Positions 60,370 through 64,000 of a DNA stretch of 64,000 nt are shown here, one piece after another. Both the position numbers and the translations under genes were made by a program. The notes beneath the pieces were generated by a model, which worked only from the letters and a program-made list of their open reading frames with translations, was not told the DNA's origin and searched no databases. Origin of the DNA: an uncultured Nitrospiraceae bacterium. GTDB lineage: Bacteria; Nitrospirota; Nitrospiria; Nitrospirales; Nitrospiraceae. Every line of letters starts with the position of its first letter. Positions within the stretch are counted from its first letter, which is position 1. The stretch is from contig CAVSTP010000003.1 of the NCBI GenBank assembly GCA_963730935.1, positions 128,001 through 192,000 on the forward strand. The letters are read 5' to 3'.

Positions 60370-61278
60370 TCAGGCTTGCGCTTGGCCCGCCAACTGCTTG
60401 GCCGCTGTTTTCCGTTCCTTGTCCTTCGCGGCGAGTTCGGCCAACAATTGCTTTGCCGGCTCACTGACATATTCCTTGTACGCGAATCGCTCGGCTGGCT
60501 TCTCCGAATCCCGCATTTCCTGAAGCCCTTCCATGCTGTTTTTCCCGATTTCAAGAATACAGGGCGTGTAGAGCTGGAGATAGGTCGGACCTATTTCTCT
60601 GGCGATGTGCACCGCATTGCGGATGACTTTCTCGACCAACGACGGCTTGCTGACCGTGCAATTGACGACGTAATGGCAGCCCGATTCCCGGGCGATTTCC
60701 GGTAACCGCACCTTGTCGAACAGCTTCCCGACCGGCGCCATCTTGGCGACGAAACCCTTCTGCATGAGTCCGCTTTCCTGGCCGCCAGTGTTGGCATAGA
60801 GCTCGTTGTCGAAGCAGATGGTCGTGAACTTTTCCTGACGGAACCAGGCCTGCAGCGTCATATCGAGGCCGATGTCCACGGTCGCGCCGTCACCGGCCAG
60901 CACGACCACGTCCTTGGTACGGCCGGGAAACCGGACGCTCAGCGCCCGCTTCAGACCGGATGCGATCGCATTCTGGTTGCCGAACAGCGAATGGATGTTG
61001 TGAACCGCAACCATCGGAAACACTAAACTGGTACAGCCGGTCGAGCCGACCATGACGGTATCTTCCGGATTTGGCAGCGAGGCCAGAATGTACCGGAAGG
61101 CCATCGACTCCGGGCAACCGGCACAAAGCGAGTGCTGCTCGATGAGTTCCTTGGAAGAGCCGATGTCTTTCCAGCCGCGATCTTCCTTGCCATAGGTCGC
61201 GCTCTTGACGAGATCCTGGTAGTCCGACGGCATGATGTCGTAAAGGTCTTCTGAAATCTTAATCCGTTCCTTGCTCAT
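60370..61278 (-). CDS. 2-oxoacid:ferredoxin oxidoreductase beta subunit (TPP-binding)
   Basis: CAGC, TGC, GDG..DNELYANTGGQ, TPC. Confidence 0.93.
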   Translation of the reverse strand: MSKERIKISEDLYDIMPSDYQDLVKSATYGKEDRGWKDIGSSKELIEQHSLCAGCPESMAFRYILASLPNPEDTVMVGSTGCTSLVFPMVAVHNIHSLFGNQNAIASGLKRALSVRFPGRTKDVVVLAGDGATVDIGLDMTLQAWFRQEKFTTICFDNELYANTGGQESGLMQKGFVAKMAPVGKLFDKVRLPEIARESGCHYVVNCTVSKPSLVEKVIRNAVHIAREIGPTYLQLYTPCILEIGKNSMEGLQEMRDSEKPAERFAYKEYVSEPAKQLLAELAAKDKERKTAAKQLAGQAQA

Positions 61279-61335
61279 TATGGCGCCTCCTCTAGATTCG
61301 CTCGCGGGAGCGAACAGGTTCAAAATATGTGCTGC

Positions 61336-62547
61336 TCAGCTCCCACGACCGGCCAGGGAGAGTGTTTTCATTCCAAGGGCCGTCTTGATTTCCTGTACGA
61401 TAATCTCCGGCGGCATCGTCATGCCACCGCAGACATGCGGGCCTGCATGCACCCGATGATGATTGGGAATGGTGGCTTTGATTTCCTTCGCCAGCCAGCC
61501 GGTCACGTTGAACTCCGGCACGAAGATATGCTTTGCGTTCTTGGTCGCTTCCCGGATTTCTTCCTCCGGCCACGGGCGGAGCGTCTTGACCTTCACGAGT
61601 CCGCAGCGAATGCCTTCGTCCTCCAGCAATCGAATCGCTTCGCGTCCCTGTGACACGGCTGTGCCAGATGCCACGATCATGATCTCAGCGTCGGTATTCT
61701 CGGTATCGATCAAGCCATTCAGCCACTTGATCGTGTGCTTACGCGAGCGTTCGATAGCCGCCCAAATTTCCTGTTGCCAGCTGGCATGCGTCGCATAGCT
61801 GATGTAGTTGCTCTTCATCACGAACGGATCACGCATCATGCGCACCGGTGGACACTCCATGTCCATGCAAGGAACCGGTGACCGATAGGGGTCGTAAGGT
61901 GGCAGGCACATGTCGGCTGGAGTCAGATTGACGACGTCCTTTGTATGAGTGACGAAGAACCCATCGCAACAAAGTGCCAGCGGCAAGTGGACGTCCGGCT
62001 CCTCGGACACCATGTATCCCTTGAGAATCCAATCAAAGAAATCCTGGGCCGTTTCGGCGTGCCAAACCAACATACCGGTATTCAGCAGATAGGCGATTTC
62101 GAGCGTGTCCGGTTGAATCGAGAGGGGCGAATTGATGCCTCGACAGGTGACGATCATCTGGATCGGCAGCCGCGCGCCTGCCCACATCGGAAAGTTTTCC
62201 ATCGCGCGCATCGTGCCTGGTCCCGCGGTCGTCGTGAAGACACGCGCACCTCCGAAGGCGGCGCCCGCGCATTGCGACATGACGGCAAACTCACTCTCAC
62301 CTCGGAAATAATCCCCGATGTAGCCTTCGGCAAACAATTCTCCGATGAGTGCGGCAGCTTCGCTTTGCGGCGTGATTGGATACGCGATCATGACGTCGCA
62401 GCTGGCCCGTCGAAGCGCTTCCTTGATGACCTCGCTGCCTGTAAAGAACGACGGCGTGCGCGGTGCTTCGTGCATCATTTTCCAGGTGTCAGTAAAGGTC
62501 TGTCCTTTTTTATTCTGGGTCCCGATAACTGAATGAGTGTCTGCCAT
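61336..62547 (-). CDS. 2-oxoacid:ferredoxin oxidoreductase alpha subunit
   Basis: YPITPQSE, ESE, TTTAGPG, LRPWP. Confidence 0.93.
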   Translation of the reverse strand: MADTHSVIGTQNKKGQTFTDTWKMMHEAPRTPSFFTGSEVIKEALRRASCDVMIAYPITPQSEAAALIGELFAEGYIGDYFRGESEFAVMSQCAGAAFGGARVFTTTAGPGTMRAMENFPMWAGARLPIQMIVTCRGINSPLSIQPDTLEIAYLLNTGMLVWHAETAQDFFDWILKGYMVSEEPDVHLPLALCCDGFFVTHTKDVVNLTPADMCLPPYDPYRSPVPCMDMECPPVRMMRDPFVMKSNYISYATHASWQQEIWAAIERSRKHTIKWLNGLIDTENTDAEIMIVASGTAVSQGREAIRLLEDEGIRCGLVKVKTLRPWPEEEIREATKNAKHIFVPEFNVTGWLAKEIKATIPNHHRVHAGPHVCGGMTMPPEIIVQEIKTALGMKTLSLAGRGS

Positions 62548-62587
62548 GGACCAGCCTCCTTTCACTGCGCACGGTGCTTCAAACGGC

Positions 62588-63223
62588 CTAGTTCGAAGCC
62601 CCGCTTTTGGCCGATGTCAGCCGTGGTTTGACCGTACCTTTTAGTTTTTTTACCCAGTCGGCCAGCTTCATGATTTTTTCAACAGATGCATCACGGAATG
62701 AGAGCATTGCGTCTTCGTGGCCGGCCTGTGCGCACATCGCAATCGTGTAACACGAGGTTCCACCCCGGATGATCTTGAGCGACAAGTTCGCCTGGTGACA
62801 ATGCACACCGACGAACATGCAGCAATCGATCTTGTTGTGCCAAATAGTCAGGTTGGGGTGGTTCGGATTGATTTCAACTTCAGGATTGATTTTGGGATAT
62901 TTCGGTCGATAGTCCGGCATGGGAATCAGCATCGGAGTTTGGCCAGGCTGCACGCACTCTTTCAGTGTGTTGTAGAGGTGGCGAATCGCTGTCGCTTTCT
63001 TCGCCGCTTTTTCGTTCCAAGCCCAGAGGACAAGCGGACCGGGGAAAATCGTTGGCACTCTGGCCATCAGAAACTGGCGCGCAGCTTCTTCGTAGGCTTT
63101 TTCTTCAGTAGCGATGACGCCGTTGATGTGCGCTTCCCCCGGATTCGGGAGGTACACACCCATTGAGGCTGCGGCGGGAGGAAGAAAATGTTCCGGCCCT
63201 GGGAGCACGCGATATTGAGTCAT
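62588..63223 (-). CDS. 2-oxoacid:ferredoxin oxidoreductase delta subunit (five-subunit type)
   Basis: First gene of operon; FPGPLVLWAW, PDYRPKYPKI, NPNHPNLTIWHNKID. Confidence 0.85.
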   Translation of the reverse strand: MTQYRVLPGPEHFLPPAAASMGVYLPNPGEAHINGVIATEEKAYEEAARQFLMARVPTIFPGPLVLWAWNEKAAKKATAIRHLYNTLKECVQPGQTPMLIPMPDYRPKYPKINPEVEINPNHPNLTIWHNKIDCCMFVGVHCHQANLSLKIIRGGTSCYTIAMCAQAGHEDAMLSFRDASVEKIMKLADWVKKLKGTVKPRLTSAKSGASN

Positions 63224-63576
63224 GCGGCCTACTCTCCGCTTGGGGTTAACAGGTGAGAACGATCAGTTGCTCTGGCGATCGACCTGCCACAATCTAAGCT
63301 TTTTCACGGGATCTCTGCAACCTCGCAGAAGGCCCAACATGCGGAAATAATGGGCTACTGGACATGAACGGCTTAGGCCTTTTGCCCATTCGGGTTCCGC
63401 GAAAGTCTTTGACCCGCTATTGGCCCGATATCACGGCAGATTTTTAATTATAGGAGCGCCCGTTCTGCGAAGTCAAACAGACTTCCGTAGGGGAATACGA
63501 CCGAGCACAGCGCGGTCTGACTACAAAACAACTGGATTAACAGTGGCTTAGAGGTGTCCAATCTACGGAATCCAAG

Positions 63577-64000
63577 CTACGGGAGTTGTTCACAGGCCTC
63601 GATGGAACCAAGCACGCAGGCCTGCTCGAAATCGTCCTTGGCCAGGCGTCCTTGCAGCCGACCTCTGTAAAGGTTACCCCGGGTCAGAAGTGCTCCGGCG
63701 TTCGTCGGATCGAACTTGATGACGGTCGATAGGTCTTCGAGCGCCTGTTCCGGACGGTTCAGTTTGAGAAGAACGTCGCTGCGGAGGAGATAGGCCTCTT
63801 TCTGGTCAGGCAACCAGCTTTCCGGCGTCTGTGTATCCAGGAGTTTCTTGAGAGTCGCCAGCGACTGATGCCACTGCTTAGCTTTCGCTTGACGTCGAGC
63901 CTGAGTGGTATACAGGCCGATCAGTCTCTGGCGTGCGATATCAAAAAATGGATCAAGGGCGAGAGCCCGTTCATAGCAGAAAGCCGCGTCGTCGGTTCGC
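63577..64000 (-). CDS. 3' part of a TPR-repeat protein (runs off right edge)
   Basis: Open frame to the window end; TPR-like helices, ends FEQACVLGSIEAC. Confidence 0.8.
   Translation of the reverse strand, partial: RTDDAAFCYERALALDPFFDIARQRLIGLYTTQARRQAKAKQWHQSLATLKKLLDTQTPESWLPDQKEAYLLRSDVLLKLNRPEQALEDLSTVIKFDPTNAGALLTRGNLYRGRLQGRLAKDDFEQACVLGSIEACEQLP

Noticed and set aside
63274..63289. sigma54 promoter for the oxidoreductase operon
   Set aside because: GG-N10-GC spacing present (TGGCAG-GTCGA-TCGC) but both elements are poor; could be chance

Overview
Bacterial chromosomal window, very probably Nitrospira (Nitrospirota). This is inferred from a UBact-proteasome locus together with a five-subunit 2-oxoacid:ferredoxin oxidoreductase operon of the reductive-TCA type. 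The left ~33 kb is accessory-like and fragmented. It holds a tRNA 3'-end remnant (att-like) at 1834-1880, a PiT transporter, an orphan TIR/beta-rich-domain gene paired with a multi-pass membrane gene (candidate defence module), RRM and DEAD-box RNA genes with long leaders, and a cytochrome P460/c'-beta-like protein. It also holds CYTH-CHAD, a decayed sulfatase cluster, and many stand-alone signalling genes (3 REC, 3 PilZ, PAS, a NarX-type kinase, an FhlA-like activator) plus several small ORFs missed by the ORF track. The right half is denser and more core-like: an orphan CzcA-type RND pump with a putative leader ORF, a sigma54-preceded OmpA/VIT-vWA/class-GN sortase operon, a CHASE2-sigma54 activator, HtrA, arc-dop-ubact-prcB-prcA-pafA, tRNA-Asn and the five-subunit oxidoreductase. 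No CRISPR array, rRNA, integrase or transposase was seen. All family calls come from motif recognition by eye; no database search was run.
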